Shown here one piece after another: positions 34,026 to 50,159 of a DNA stretch of 64,000 nt (the first letter of the stretch is position 1; each line of letters opens with the position of its first letter). Location of the stretch: assembly GCF_009914755.1 (NCBI RefSeq), contig NC_060925.1. One strand, 5' to 3'. The notes under the pieces were generated by a model. That model saw only the letters and a program-made list of their open reading frames with translations, searched no databases and was not told the origin of the DNA. The stretch is from the human T2T-CHM13v2.0 reference genome, Homo sapiens. Made by a program: the position numbers and the translations under genes.

Positions 34026-35218
34026 CCCACTTTGGCAGAAATTGGCTGAATGTGAGAGTGTCACACCATAAAAATCGGACTGCTGATCCCCTCCTAACAC
34101 TTTGAAAGTCACCATCTAACCAAGTAATCTCCTTGTTTACATGTGGTACTCTGTTTAACATTGCAGTGTGACATTTAACTGGGCCATATTTCATTTAACT
34201 AAATGCTACTCACTAGTCTACGTTTTGGACATTCTGTAGGCAGAGACATTACTTCCTCTGAAAGTGACATATTTAGTTTCCCAGCACAGTAATTAGCTCA
34301 CTATTTCAGGCTTTTATGCCAGTAACATAAGAGTCTTTACTGAGCTAAAAGAGTCTCAACATTAGTTTTGCCAGCCCACAGTTAAACAAAGTCAACCACT
34401 TCAGAATTCTGCTACTGAAGGCTATGCTCAACTTTACTCAGGCGTTTAAAAAATTCATGGCTGGGAACAGTGGCTCACACCTGTAATCTCAGCACTTAGG
34501 GAGGCTGAGGCAGGAGGATCGCTTGAGCCCAAGAGTTCAAGATGACCTGGACAAGATGCCCAGACCCTGTCTCTACAAAAAATACAAAAATTAGCTGGGT
34601 GTGGTGGCATGTGCCTGTGGTTCTAACTACTTGGGAGGCTGGGATGGGAGGATTGCTTGAGCCTGGGAGGTCGAGGTTGCAGTCAGCCATGTTTGCACCT
34701 GTGCACTCCAGCCTGAGCAACAAAACTAGACTGTCTCAAAAAAAAAAAAAAAAAGAATTCATGTTACTGCATGCATTTTTGTGTGGTATAAAATCATCGT
34801 AGTAAGCTAAGTCAAATTATATAGTTAACCAGATATACATACTATCTAAGCTAGCCAAAGGTGTAATACTCTTTTGGTATAATTTTCATTTGCTTTATAA
34901 CATGTATCATATTGCTTTATCCATTGTAGCCCTGTAATCTTTCAAATGCAACAAAAGCTTTTTCTATTCCATAAAACCATCTCAAACTAAATCAGAGATG
35001 ACCCCGACAAGACAGCAACACTTTAGCAGTATTAATAATATTAATAATATGTTTCATCCATCCTAAGCAGTATTAATAATCTGTTTCATCACATCCTAAG
35101 CATCTCATTCTAAACCAAGAAATAGGCCGGGTGCAGTGGCTCATGCCTATAATCCCAGCACTTTGGGAGGCTGAGGTGGGAGGATCACAAGGTCAGGAGA
35201 TCGAGACCATCCTGGCTA

Positions 35219-35473
<255 letters not shown>

Positions 35474-36490
35474 TTATTTCATTTTGATTGACTATAGGTC
35501 TAATCTTGAATATCTCAAGCAGCTAAATACTTTGAGGCTAAATAGCATGAAGGCCCAACAATTCTAAACAGGATAAAGGAGACATTTAGAAAGAGAAAGC
35601 CCTCAAAATAAGCTTCCTATAAAATATTCTTCCGCCCTTCCAGGGCGCATCTTAGAGGGAATCTCTTCCGTGGGATATTCACTGTTTACACTTGTTTTCT
35701 GCCTGAAAGATCTATTCTTTCAAGATTCAGTGTCGCCACCCCTACTCCAAACACCCAAACTAGTAGTCACTATTAGACATACCTGGTGCTTGTGATGTCA
35801 GTAGGTGTTCTGAGGCCTGGGAAGGAGTAAATTGTTTTTAAACTTGGAACAAAGAAAATGAGCAGGAAATCAAAGAGGAAGGAGGCAGAGTAAGGAGAAG
35901 GAAGTACGAATCATAAGGAGAGGCGGGTGTCAGCAGCCATCGACTTTGCTCACCTTTCCTCCTTGTTCTGCCCTTTCTCCAGGTGGCATCCACTCATATG
36001 CTAAGGCTTATCAATAGTTGTCTCCAACTTCAGACCACCCCCAACACTGTGCAGTCCCCAGGACAAGAGTACAAACAGAGGCCTGCTTACCATGTGTCCA
36101 AATATTTAGAAATTGTTCATCAATCCAAATACGCTGTTAAGTATGTTCTGTCCAGAGCAGAGACACAAACACACAAACACAATGAACACAGAGCTGCGTC
36201 TGTGACTGGGTGTCTGGCGCACGGTGCTGGCATAGGGATGCATTAACTCGGCTCCATCTGCTCTCTGGACCCACACTGCCAGGCCTGGGTGAAGACTCCC
36301 CCACATCCCTGGATCCATGTCCTTGAAACTCCATTTGAGGGTGACACCGTGCTGTGAGAGTTGTGAGCTGTGCTGTTGCCTCCAAGAACGGCAGGGAGGG
36401 TGTGAGCCATAGAAGTACCAGGCAGACAAAAGGCAAGTAGATTTGTCAAATCCATCTCAGATACCAAGGGTGTAACAGATTCTTGTATAA

Positions 36491-36730
<240 letters not shown>

Positions 36731-37305
36731 TAGAAAGGGGTTTTGCCATGTTGCTCAGGCTGGTTATCCACTTGCTTGATCCAATTTATGGCCCACTTGG
36801 TGGTTTTGGAAGTTCTTGTATATTGCCATGGAATTCACAGCAGTTATGCACAAAGTCTGAGGAAGACTTTGTAATATTAAACAATTCATATTATTCTTGA
36901 ATATGCACATATGTAATATGTAGAATAAGAACTGCAGCATTAATTCTTTACTAGAATCACCTAGGACTGAGACCCAGAATGACAATTTCAATTTTTATAA
37001 AAATATTTAAAACAATTTAAATTTCAAAAGATTAAAAATCTCAGTTCTTTAATAAAAATAAGTTTTAAATATTTGATATTTATCCACTATAATTTGTTTT
37101 TAATTCTAATACTTTTGGAACTTTTAGAAAAATGAAAAAACGAATGTAAAAACAAATTTAAAATTTTACATACTCAAATTCACACATTATATTAAATACA
37201 TACAAATGCTGTATATGTTAAGTACAATTATATTTTATTTCTTAATCCTTTAAGTCATTACTGTCCAAACACAAATTATGCGAAATTATCTATTGTAACA
37301 AATGA

Positions 37306-37810
<505 letters not shown>

Positions 37811-39288
37811 TGAAGTAGAATATTCTCCTTGCGCTTGATTTGCCACTTTTAAATATTCAGACATGGTGTGTGGGCCCCATTTCTATACTTGCTCCAGGCC
37901 CCAAAAGTGTTAGAGACAGCGCTGAGAGACACACAGTTGGTAGTCAATAAACCTTTATCAAATGAACAAATAAATACATGGATTTGTTCACTCCAGTCCT
38001 GCGGTCTGCCTGTCTCTTCATGACCTAATGTTTTAATTTCACTCTCTTCCTGGGGAAATCATTCTGGCATGCAGACCCCAACCTGAGCTGTCATTGTCCT
38101 TTCTCAGGTCTCATGTAAAATGCTTTTCTGATCACGGCTGACACTGGCCGAGGGCTTACTATGCGCAAGGCACTGTTCTATGTATTTACAGAAGTTCCCA
38201 CAATTATACCTTAGGACAGCCTTTGTCCCTGTTTCACAGGTGAGGAAACAAGGGCACAGAGAAGCCAGGTAGCCTGCCTGGTGTCACCTGGCTAGTAAGG
38301 AGCCGAGAAAGGATTAGAAACTCGGCTGTCTGGCTGCAGAGCCCATGCTCTTAACCAGACTCTTAACCTGCCTGTGCCCAAGGCCCCATTCGCTTGTGGG
38401 TCCTATGCTTGTGGAGCCCTCAGAATAGGATTCGTAATTCATAAAATATATTACAAAGGATTACAAAGGAAACCAACTGAATTGAAATGTCCCTGCCAAA
38501 TATTTTAAAAGCCAATTTGTGATGCACTAATATATGGACTTAACATGTATCTGGCATAATTTCAAATTAATCATGAATCAAAATGGTATTCTGGGATATC
38601 TGCAAGAACTGTAATGTGATATGAAGATGACTTTCAGTACTATTGGTCCCAAGCCATGAGTACTGTTCCTTCAGCTATGCTTTGTGAATTACTATATTCC
38701 AAATGGGAAGAAATGTTAGGTTTAGATTTCCATTAGAGGTTAGTGAAACTAAAGATGTAATTTAAATCTAAGTTCACAGACTCCCTGATTTTTATCTGTG
38801 CACCTTTGAGCATCTGTGGACCTCAGGGTCACAACCCCTGTATGAAGTCTCCTTGCTGTCGCTCATGCGCTTAAACAGTTTGAGCTCTGGGAACTTGCTC
38901 TTACTCCAAGAGCAAGCTTCACTTTGATTATTTCTCCAGATGCTGTCATTGTATCTTAAGGCAAAAACTCTATGTCATTTCTGTCCCTCACCATCCTCAC
39001 CAAGATGGCACATGTTTATGGTGTATCACATTCTGTGGTCCATTCCTCTGGTCCCTTCAACGCTGAATTTAAACAGATTGCGACTACCACTAAATAAATG
39101 TTTTCTAATAACAAGAGCTAATACTTATGGGTGGCTTCCTGCATTGCAGATGTTATGCTAAACACTTTAAATGTTTTATTTAGTCTCAGAAGACAGATTT
39201 TGTTCCTTCTGAAGAGGCTAAATAAAATATTTAAAGTGTTGAGCATAGGCCGGGTGCGGTGGCTCATCCCTGTAATCCCAGCACTTTA

Positions 39289-39594
<306 letters not shown>

Positions 39595-40983
39595 TTATTG
39601 TTACTATTCTAATGTGAAGAAACAGAAGCCAAGGGAGTTCAATTCCTGAGACAAGGATTAAGGGCAGCATTTGAGGGTTTACTCCAGGCCAGTGTTCTAG
39701 CTTTACCTATATTCATTCATTTAATTCTCATAGTGACCCTGTGAAGTACACAGGTTCTGTGATCCCCGTTTTATAGATGGGGAACATGAGGCATGAGGGG
39801 TAACTCATTTGTTCAAGATCACTTAGCTAGCATGGGACAGAGCTGGGCTTAAATCCAGACAGGCTGGACTCAGAGAGCGAGAACAGGCTCTCCCACCACA
39901 CCATACTGCCACATTTAAGGAATGGAGACACCAGGGATGGAATTGGACGCTGTCTCATTCCAAAGCTACCTTAACATCTGGCCAAGAGGTATGACTAACA
40001 TAGGAGCTAGCTGTAATGGCACATTCCTGTGAATTAGTAAAAAGATGTGTTGACTCAGCAACCAAGGGTAAGACTGTCAATTCCGTGGTTTAAGAGCTGA
40101 GTTGGAAACCACATCAGAGCTCGTCTACATGAATGACTACCAAGAAACTGACGATCAATTTAAACTTTGAGAAATGTGATGAAGAGCAGAATTGACAGCC
40201 TCATAGTAGTCAATTTTTGGAGGAAGTTAGACTAGCTTAAAATAAGAGCACGTAATCAAAAACCATTAAGTAAACACGGGCTCTTTATTTTTAAATTCGG
40301 ATGGCGAGAGATAGTTGCTACATGCCGTTAAAGGGAAAACTAGTCTTTGGGGTGCAGGTGACAACTGTGATCAAAGCAGTATCACCCCAAGAGGCAACAT
40401 TATCCTGAAGTAACATAACTTTGTACCGAAGGCCAGCTTCTGGCTGTGGGGTACTAGCTCCCCGTCCCTAGCGTTCACCTTAACCCTTGGGAAGGAAAGT
40501 ACTATTAAAATTAAGTAATATACAAATTCATCTCAACTACTGTCAATTAACATTCTAGTGTCCTTATTCAACAAATCAAAAGCAAGGCAACACCAGGAGA
40601 TGGATTTTGTTTCCTTCTGAGCTTTTTAATGGTGATCAGCATTTTCTACCAAATAATTCCACTCACAAGTCGTTCTCCACAAAATCCGTCTCCTGTTCTT
40701 CTGTGTTTCCATTATAATGGAAGATTGTTGGATAAACCATTAGTTTTCATAAGATTTTTTTTCTTCAGTTAAGTATCACCATACTAAATAAGTATCACCA
40801 CACAAAATAAGAGTTCCAACTGTCCCTGTGTGTAAGTTATAACTACTCCATATATATGCCTATAGGGTCTGTTGCACTCAACCTCAAGCAATTTCCAAGT
40901 TTCATTATTATTATCATTAGATTACTCTCTGTCCCTTATCAATTCAGTAAATTTAACTCAACAAGCATTTATCGAATGTCTAA

Positions 40984-41415
<432 letters not shown>

Positions 41416-42910
41416 TGACCAGTGTCTAAACGAGCACCCTCCCCCCACCATTATTCTCCATCTTCTCTCCCTCCTTTGTTTTCCTTCATAGTACATACCA
41501 CCACCTGGCATGCTATTTATTTGTGCTTTTGTTTACTGTCTGTCGTTTCCCCATGGAACATAAGCTCCATGAGAGGGGACACTGTTCACTGCTGCATCCC
41601 TGGCACCCCAGAGCACTCCTGAGAACACACAACAAGCCCTCCATAAATAATTGTGGAGTGAGTTTTATTGTCTTGTATGGCATATATAGATAAAGTGCCA
41701 TCCCAACAGTTTTCCCAGCCTTGAGTGGAAGGAAGAGGTTACACAAATAACTAAGGCCACACAGCCGTACAGATTCTATAATAGGAGGGCAAAGTGCTAC
41801 GGGAATAGAGAAAGTTTCCTGGAGGGATTGGCAGTGTAACTGGGTTTTCCAGGATGGGTAATACATTGAAAGGCTGATAAAGGCCGGGTTCGGTGGCTCA
41901 CGCCTGTAATCCCAGCACTTTGGGAGGCTGAGGCAGGTGGATCATGAGGTCAGGAGTTCAAGACCAGCCTGGCCAACATGGTGAAACCTTGTCTCTACCA
42001 AAAATACAAAAATTAGCCGGGCATGGTGGTGGGCGCCTGTAATCCCAGCTACTCAGGAGGCTGGGGCAAAGAATTGCTTGAACCCGGGAGGCAGTGGTTG
42101 CAGTGAGCCGAGATCGAGCCACTGCATTCCAGCATGGGTGACAAAGCAAGACTTCGTCTCAAGAAAAAAAAAAAAAAAAAAAAGGAAAAAAAGGCTGACA
42201 TGGAAGCAGAGGTATTCCCGGCAGAAGGAAATGCTTTTGCCAAAGCACGAAGGAAGTGAAGTTCCAGGAAGTTCCCAGAACAGATAAACTGAGTGAGGGA
42301 GTGTTAAGAGGTACGAATGTGGAAGATAAGAAAGAAGGGATTTTTGAAGCACATTGTGGCAGGATTCAAACTTTTAATCCCCTACATAGCAGTCACTGCC
42401 AAATTCAGCAGATTCACAGAACTACAGACATACGAAAGGTCACCAGAATATAGTTCTCATCCTGAATGTAGCCACTGCTTACCAACCTCCAGAGTAGGTG
42501 GGCCTCAAGATAAGGAAGGGATCTCCCGGATACAGTAAAGGATAGGGGGCAGGGAGTCAGCCAGGAAAGTTTTGCTAGATTCAAGTGTCTACCGCTGGGT
42601 GGAATATGGATTTTGCCTTGCCCATTGACAGAAATACTGGTGTAACTCCTTGATCACTGTATGTCTCCAAAGCATTGGAATTTGAAAGCATTATGGAAAC
42701 AGAATTAGAGAATTATAACAGGAAATAGTAAGGGACTCAACATTTCAACTCCTTTGAGCTTGTTTTATGTAAGATCTCACTAGGTCCTCACCAACCTCTG
42801 GGCAGGCATTGCTATTCACATTTGCAAGTAAGTTATCGTAAAGGCTTTTTGATAACCCCTGACTGAAACCCTAAGTAATGGGATCTTACTCTCACTTCAA
42901 GAAATAAGAT

Positions 42911-44535
42911 CCTCTCCCTCTCCCTCTCCCTCTCCCTCTCCCTCTCCCTCTCTCTCCACGGTCTCCTTCCACGGTCTCCCTCTGATGCCGAGCCAAAGCT
43001 GGACGGTACTGCTGCCATCTCGGCTCACTGCAACCTCCCTGCCTGATTCTCCTGCCTCAGCCTGCCGAGTGCCTGCGCACGCCGCCACGCCTGACTGGTT
43101 TTCGTTTTTTTTTTTTGTGGAGACGGGGTTTTGCTGTGTTGGCCGGGCTGGTCTCCAGCTCCTAACCACGAGTGATCCGCCAGCCTCGGCCTCCCGAGGT
43201 GCCGGGATTGCAGACGGAGTCTCGTTCACTCAGTGCTCAATGGTGCCCAGGCTGGAGTGCAGTGGCGTGATCTCGGCTCGCTACAACCTCCACCTCCCAG
43301 CCGCCTGCCTTGGCCCCCCAAAGTGCCGAGATTGCAGCCTCTGCCCAGCCGCCACCCCGTCTGGGAAGTGAGGAGCGTCTCTGCCTGGCCCCCCATCGTC
43401 TGGGATACGAGGAGCCTCTCTGCCTGGCTGCCCAGTCTGGAAAGTGAGGAGCGTCCCTGCCCGGCCGCCATCCCATCTAGGAAGCGAGGAGCGCCTCTTC
43501 CCCGCCGCCATCCCATCTAGGAAGTGAGGAGCGTCTCTGCCCGGCCACCCATCGTCTGAGATGTGGGGAGCACCTCTGCCCCGCCGCCCTGTCTGGGATG
43601 TGAGGAGCGCCTCTGCTGGGCCGCAACCCTGTCTGGGAGGTGAGGAGCGTCTCTGCCCGGCCGCCCCGTCTGAGAAGTGAGAAAACCCTCTGCCTGGCAA
43701 CCGCCCCGTCTGAGAAGTGAGGAGCCCCTCCGTCCGGCAGCCACCCCGTCTGGGAAGTGAGGAGCGTCTCCGCCCGGCAGCCACCCCGTCTGGGAGGGAG
43801 GTGGGGGGGGGGTCAGCCCCCTGCCCGGCCAGCTGCCCTGTCCGGGAGGTGAGGGGCTCCTCTGCCCGGCCAGCCGCCCCGTCCGGGAGGGAGGTGGGGG
43901 GGTCAGCCCCCCGCCCGGCCAGCCGCCCCGTCCGGGAGGGAGGTGGGGGGATCAGCCCCCCGCCCGGCCAGCCGCCCCGTCCGGGAGGGAGGTGGGGGGG
44001 TCAGCCCCCCGCCCGGCCAGCCGCCCCGTCCGGGAGGGAGGTGGGGGGATCAGCCCCCCGCCCGGCCAGCCGCCCCGTCTGGGAGGGAGGTGGGGGGGTC
44101 AGCCCCCCCGCCCGGCCAGCCGCCCTATCCAGGAGGTGAGGGGCGCCTCTGCCCGGCCGCCCCTACTGGGAAGTGAGGAGCCCCTCTGCCTGGCCAGCCG
44201 CCCCGTCCGGGAGGGTGGTGGGGGGGTCAGCCCCCCGCCCGGCCAGCCGCCCCATCCGGGAGGTGAGGGGCGCTTCTGCCCGGCCGCCCCTACTGGGAAG
44301 TGAGGAGCCCCTCTGCCCGGCCAGGACCCCGTCTGGGAGGTGTGCCCAGCGGCTCATTGGGGATGGGCCATGATGACAATGGCGGTTTTGTGGAATAGAA
44401 AGGCGGGAAGGGTGGGGAAAAAATTGAGAAATCGGATGGTTGCCGGGTCTGTGTGGATAGAAGTAGACATGGGAGACTTTTCATTTTGTTCTGTACTAAG
44501 AAAAATTCTTCTGCCTTGGAAAAAAAAAAAAAAAA
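42911..44535 (+). mobile_element. SVA retrotransposon (SVA_D-like; the known 'PARK7 SVA'), SINE-R truncated at its 3' end
   Basis: About 7 CCCTCT hexamers 42911-42951, antisense Alu-like region, GC-rich VNTR about 43340-44340, SINE-R start, poly(A); TSD AAGAAATAAGAT at 42899-42910 and 44534-44545. Confidence 0.96.
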
Positions 44536-44548
44536 GAAATAAGATGCT

Positions 44549-44690
44549 GGCTGGGGGCGGTGGCTCATGCCTGTGATCCGAAAACTTTGTGAGGCCAAGG
44601 CGGGAGGATCGCTTGAGCCCAGGGGTTCAATATAAGCCTTGGCAACATAGCAAGACCCCGTCTCTACTTCTCAGAAAGAAAACAAAAGAA
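44549..44690 (+). mobile_element. Alu monomer (FLAM-like)
   Basis: Single Alu arm flanked by AAGAAATAAGATGC direct repeats (44534 and 44686). Confidence 0.85.
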
Positions 44691-44879
44691 ATAAGATGCC
44701 ATGGAAGGGATGGCAATAAGCGTTTTCCATAAACAACCCGAGAGAGAGAAACAGAAAACGCTGTCCAAGCTAAGCCTTGCTTCCACACTGGGCTTTGCAG
44801 ATTTTCCAATGAGCCACCAACGAGGTGGTTAAAACATCAGAGACTGCATCCGATTCCCCAAGACACCAAGGCTCTCGGG

Positions 44880-45560
44880 ATGGGAACAGGCAAATCGTCG
44901 TCGTTCTTTGCTGAGCCTGCGGGCTGCGGTCACCAGAACGAATCTGGGCCCAGCAGGTGCCAAGGGCTCGACCTCCCGCCTTGCATCCGGCAGGCCGCAC
45001 ACACCCCTCGGAAGTCGGCGAGATCGCTGAGGCAAAGCGACTCCAGGGCGCAGAGACCCACACGCGACGCTCTAAAGGAAGTGACCTTTAGGGGCTGTTA
45101 CTCTCAGACCAGGCCCAGCAGCACCCGGCGCATTTACGTCGGATCTGACCCCTGCAAGCACCGGCGCGACCGCGCTAGCGGCTGGGAACACGCGACGGTC
45201 CCGCCCACTGCGACCTGACTCGGCCAATCCCGGGTGGCGCATGCTGCGGCCGCCGGAAGTGGACCTACGTCATGCAGGTCAGTCGGTAGGTTTCCGGCGC
45301 CCAGCGCCCCGTGGGAGTTGTGTCTGGTGGCCCACGCTGGGGGGGGGCTTTTCACACTGGTGGGCGCAGAGGCGAAGCCGTTCCCAGGGCCCCTCACAGA
45401 ACTCGGTGTCAGAATTTCCCCCCTTGCACCAGCGCCGCCTCAAATGTCAGGGCTCGCCCACTCTTCTCCAGTCTCGCCGACATAACCTTTTGGGGGCTCC
45501 AGAGGGGAAATTTGCCGTTTCTGCCGGACCGCTCTAGAGCGTGCCTGAACCCGGCCTTTA
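44880..45560. promoter_or_regulatory. Second CpG island; probable upstream (minor) PARK7 promoter
   Basis: CpG-dense; GC box 45201-45206, CCAAT 45224-45228, NRF1-like GCGCATGC 45237-45244, ETS CCGGAAGT 45253-45260, donor-like CAG|GTCAGT at 45277/8. Confidence 0.75.
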
Positions 45561-48500
45561 TGGGATGTTGACAGCTACGTTTATTCAGTGCCCCAGAGGC
45601 CTTCTTTATGCCCAGTAACTACAATTTAAATTCCTTCTCTGCTTCATTTTGTAGTCGTCTGGTGAATTTGACGTGAGAAATAAGATTAAAATAGGAATAA
45701 GAAATTAGTTGAAATCACATTGTAGAGTTCTGCAAATGTAAAATATTAATTTATAGCAATAAAGCAGGCTGTCAAATAACAGAGGATGAAAGCAGGATAA
45801 TACTTGGTCAGAACCTGCTGTATGCCAGGGGCTGTGACAGATGCTGGGGATTCAGCAACCACCAAGACAAGAAGGTTCTTCCGGCGTTCACAGGACTAGG
45901 GGAAGACACAATAAATAACTAAAGGCAAAATGCTAGAATGATGCGCTCTCTCTCAAGATGAAATATAGAACATGATTTATTTTTTATTTTTATTTTATTT
46001 TATTTTGAGACGGAGTTTCGCTCTTGTTGCCCAGGCTGGAGTGCAATGGTGCGATCTAGGCTCACTGCTACCTCCGCTTCCCGGGTTCAAGCGATTCTCC
46101 TGCTTCAGCCTCCCGAAAGTAGCTGGGATTACAGGTGCCTGCCACTACGCCCGGCTAATTTTTTTGTATTTTTAGTAGAGACAGGGTTTCCCCATGTTGG
46201 CCAGGGTGGTCTGGAACTCCTAACCTCAGGTGATCCACCCGCCTCGGCTTCCCAAAGTGCTGGGATTACAGGTGTGAGCCACTGCGCCCAGCCGAGAACG
46301 ATTTATTTTAGAGTGTTTACTTAATGAGATGCCTAATGTAAGAGTGACCCATGGAAAAATAATAACTTGGCAGCAGTTTTTTTTGCCGCTAAGATCAGGA
46401 CAATTCTGAGGGGAGTTTTGTTTTGGAACGATGACCAGATGGCCATGGGTGGCTATTACTAACACTGTCAATGCCATTTCTCTGTTATTGCCTTGTGACC
46501 TCCACAGGCAGAGCAATATTTCATCATTAAAAGTTGCAACTGCTATGAGAAGCTACGTTCCTTGAAAACAGAGTTTTTGGCCAGGAATAGTTGCTTATGC
46601 CTGTAGTTCCAGCTACTTGGGAGGCTGAGGCAGGAGGATCCCTTAAGCCCAGGAGGTGGAGGCCAACCTGGGCAACATAGCCAGGCCCGGTCTCTAAAAA
46701 TGAAATAAAACCGGCAGTTTCTTCCTTCGTACCTCCCGCAGTGCATAAAGAGTTGTCAAATGTTGAGTTAAAAAGGTAGTGGATAGGATGGGGCGGTTCT
46801 GCCTGGAAATTGGAGACTGAACTAGGAAGTGTCTTCGTTGTCAGTACTACAGCAGTATTTTTTGGTAAATGGTTTAATTTTTTGGTTTTATCTTATGAAT
46901 GTGTGATGAGAAATATGCATGAACTATAGAGTGTCTTAAGTGTAACTGACTTTTAATATTGACAGTATATGGTGGGTAGAGTGTGAAATTTAGCATCAGA
47001 AATCTGAATTTGACCAAGACTGCAGGACCTTATACAGTCATTTCACCCTTCTGGACCTCAACCTTCACATCCGTGGAAGGAAAATTGTAACACCTGCCAG
47101 GAAGTCAATATATAAGGTCTAAAGATGATAAATGAGAAATAAAATATTAGCATACTGTTTCAAAATACTGATACACTACCAGAAGAAACAGTTGAAAGAG
47201 TTGAAAATACTTGCTTCTGGGGAGCAGGGCTGAGGGGAAGGACTGAGTTAGAGGGCTGCTGCTGCATGGATTCACTACTGCTCTGTAGCAAAACCTGGCT
47301 GCTACAGTTCACCGTTGGGTTGTAGTAACTCTGTTTCAGGTTGTTAGTTGTGCAGGTTGGCTAGGGCCGCTCTGTTCCACATGTTCATTCTGAAACCCAG
47401 GTTGAGGGAACAGCAGCAACTTGCCTGGGGGAAAAGCTCTTCCTACAGCAATTCAAAAGTAGAAGAGCACAACCTAATAATCAGGGCAGACTTTTCAAGG
47501 CTTTGTTACAGGTGTCTGTTAACATTCCATGGACCAAAACAAGGCCAAACCCAAAATCAAGGGACAGGAAGTAGACTCCACCCATGCAGGTGGAAGGGGA
47601 GTGACTATTTCTGAAAAATAATCCAATCTGCCGCAAGTAATACTTGACTTTTTAAAACTGTGCAGTGTATTCACTTGGTAAGAATTAATGCTGACTGTGG
47701 TCCATTTCAGGTCTTGATGGTGATGCGTATGTCTCAGGAATGTTAACTCCAGTTCATTCTCTCTGGCTCTCACTGCTGAAACATCTGTCATCTTTAGGCT
47801 ATCGTGGCTGTCTCATGCTGTAGCAGACCAGGAGCAGGAGCATTGGTGACTCCTTTTAGGAGTTTACCACGGGGCCCGGGCTCGGTGGCTCACGCATGTA
47901 ATCCCAGCACTTTGGGAGGCCGAGGCTGGTGGATCACTTGAGGTCAGGAGTTTGAGACCAGCCTGACCAACATGGTAAAACCCTGTCTCTACTAAAAACA
48001 CAGAAAATTTAGCTGGGCGTGGTGGTGCTTGCCTGTAACCCCAGCTACTCAGGAGTCTGAGGCAGGGGAATCACTTGAACCCCGGAGGCAGAGGTTGCAG
48101 TGAGCTAAGATCATGCCCCCACACTCCAGCCTGGGTGACAGAGAGACTCAAAAAAAAAGTTTACCACGCAGACTGGATCAAAAAAGCCTGTCTTCTTTTG
48201 GTTTTCCTTCCATCTAACTGTATCCCTCCTTGGTTCTAGAAGCACACATCTGACCACTTGTCTTTCCTCTTTCTCTGTCATTCCTGTTTTCCACACTCCT
48301 TCACAGCTGCTTCCTTTGCAAATAGCCAAAAGTGAAGTCATTCCAGAACTCCTAAAAGTTTCTTCTTAAATGTCATATGATTAAAGACATTTCAGACTTT
48401 TGCACAAGTTCAGTGTTCATCAATTATTCACATTTTTTTTTTTTTTTTTTAGAGACACAGTCTCACTCTGTCATCCAGCCTGGAGTGCAGTGGCATGAGA

Positions 48501-48893
48501 TCATGACCCACTGCAGCCTTGACCTCCTGGGCTCAAGTGATTCCCCCGCTGCGCTGTCAGCCTCTCAAGTAGCTGGGACCCATAGGCGTGTAATTTTTAA
48601 AATTTTTTGTAGAGACAGGGTCTTGCCATGTTGTCCAGGCTGGTCCCCAACTCCTGGGCTCAAACAATCCTCCCGCCTCGGCCTCCCAGAGTGTTGGGAT
48701 GAGACACCCCGCACAGCTCCAATTTTTAAAATTAAATAAAATAACACACTCACCATCATTGTAAGAATCACATGAAATATACCAAAGTGCTTTGTAAACT
48801 AACAAAAAATTTATTTCTTGAAATAAATGTGGCCAGGTGCAGTGGCTCACAACTGTAATCCCAGCACTTTGGGAGGCCGAGGTGGGCAGATCA

Positions 48894-49073
<180 letters not shown>

Positions 49074-49169
49074 CTACACGCCAGCCTGGATGACAGAGCA
49101 AGACTCTGTCTCAAAACAAAAACAAAAACAAAACAAAGAAAATAAACGTGATTTTTTTTTTTTTTTTGA

Positions 49170-49385
<216 letters not shown>

Positions 49386-49470
49386 TGATCTGCCCACCTT
49401 GGCCTCCCAAAGTGCTGGGATTACAGGCACGCACCACCGCGCCTGGCCAGAAACGCGATTTTAATATCTA

Positions 49471-49905
<435 letters not shown>

Positions 49906-50159
49906 TCACCTGAGGTTAGGAGTTCGAGACCAGCCTGGGCAACATGGTGAATCCCTGTCTGGACTAAAATACAAAAATTAGACAGGCATGATGGAGGGTG
50001 CCTGTAATCCCAGATACTCGGGAGGCTGAGACAGAGAATCGCTTGAACCCAGGAGACAGTGGTTGCAGTGAGCCAAGATTGCGCCACTGCACTCCAGCCT
50101 AGGCGGCTGAGCGAGACTCCATCTCAAAAAAAAAAAAAAAGAAAAGAAAAGAAAGAAAA

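Noticed and set aside
43340-44340. Regularly spaced repeats resembling a CRISPR-like array
   Set aside because: Contiguous 35-50 bp SVA VNTR units with no unique spacers; eukaryotic locus.
42833-44598. Cluster of overlapping 60-170 aa ORFs
   Set aside because: All lie inside the SVA hexamer, Alu-like and VNTR regions; typical repeat translations.
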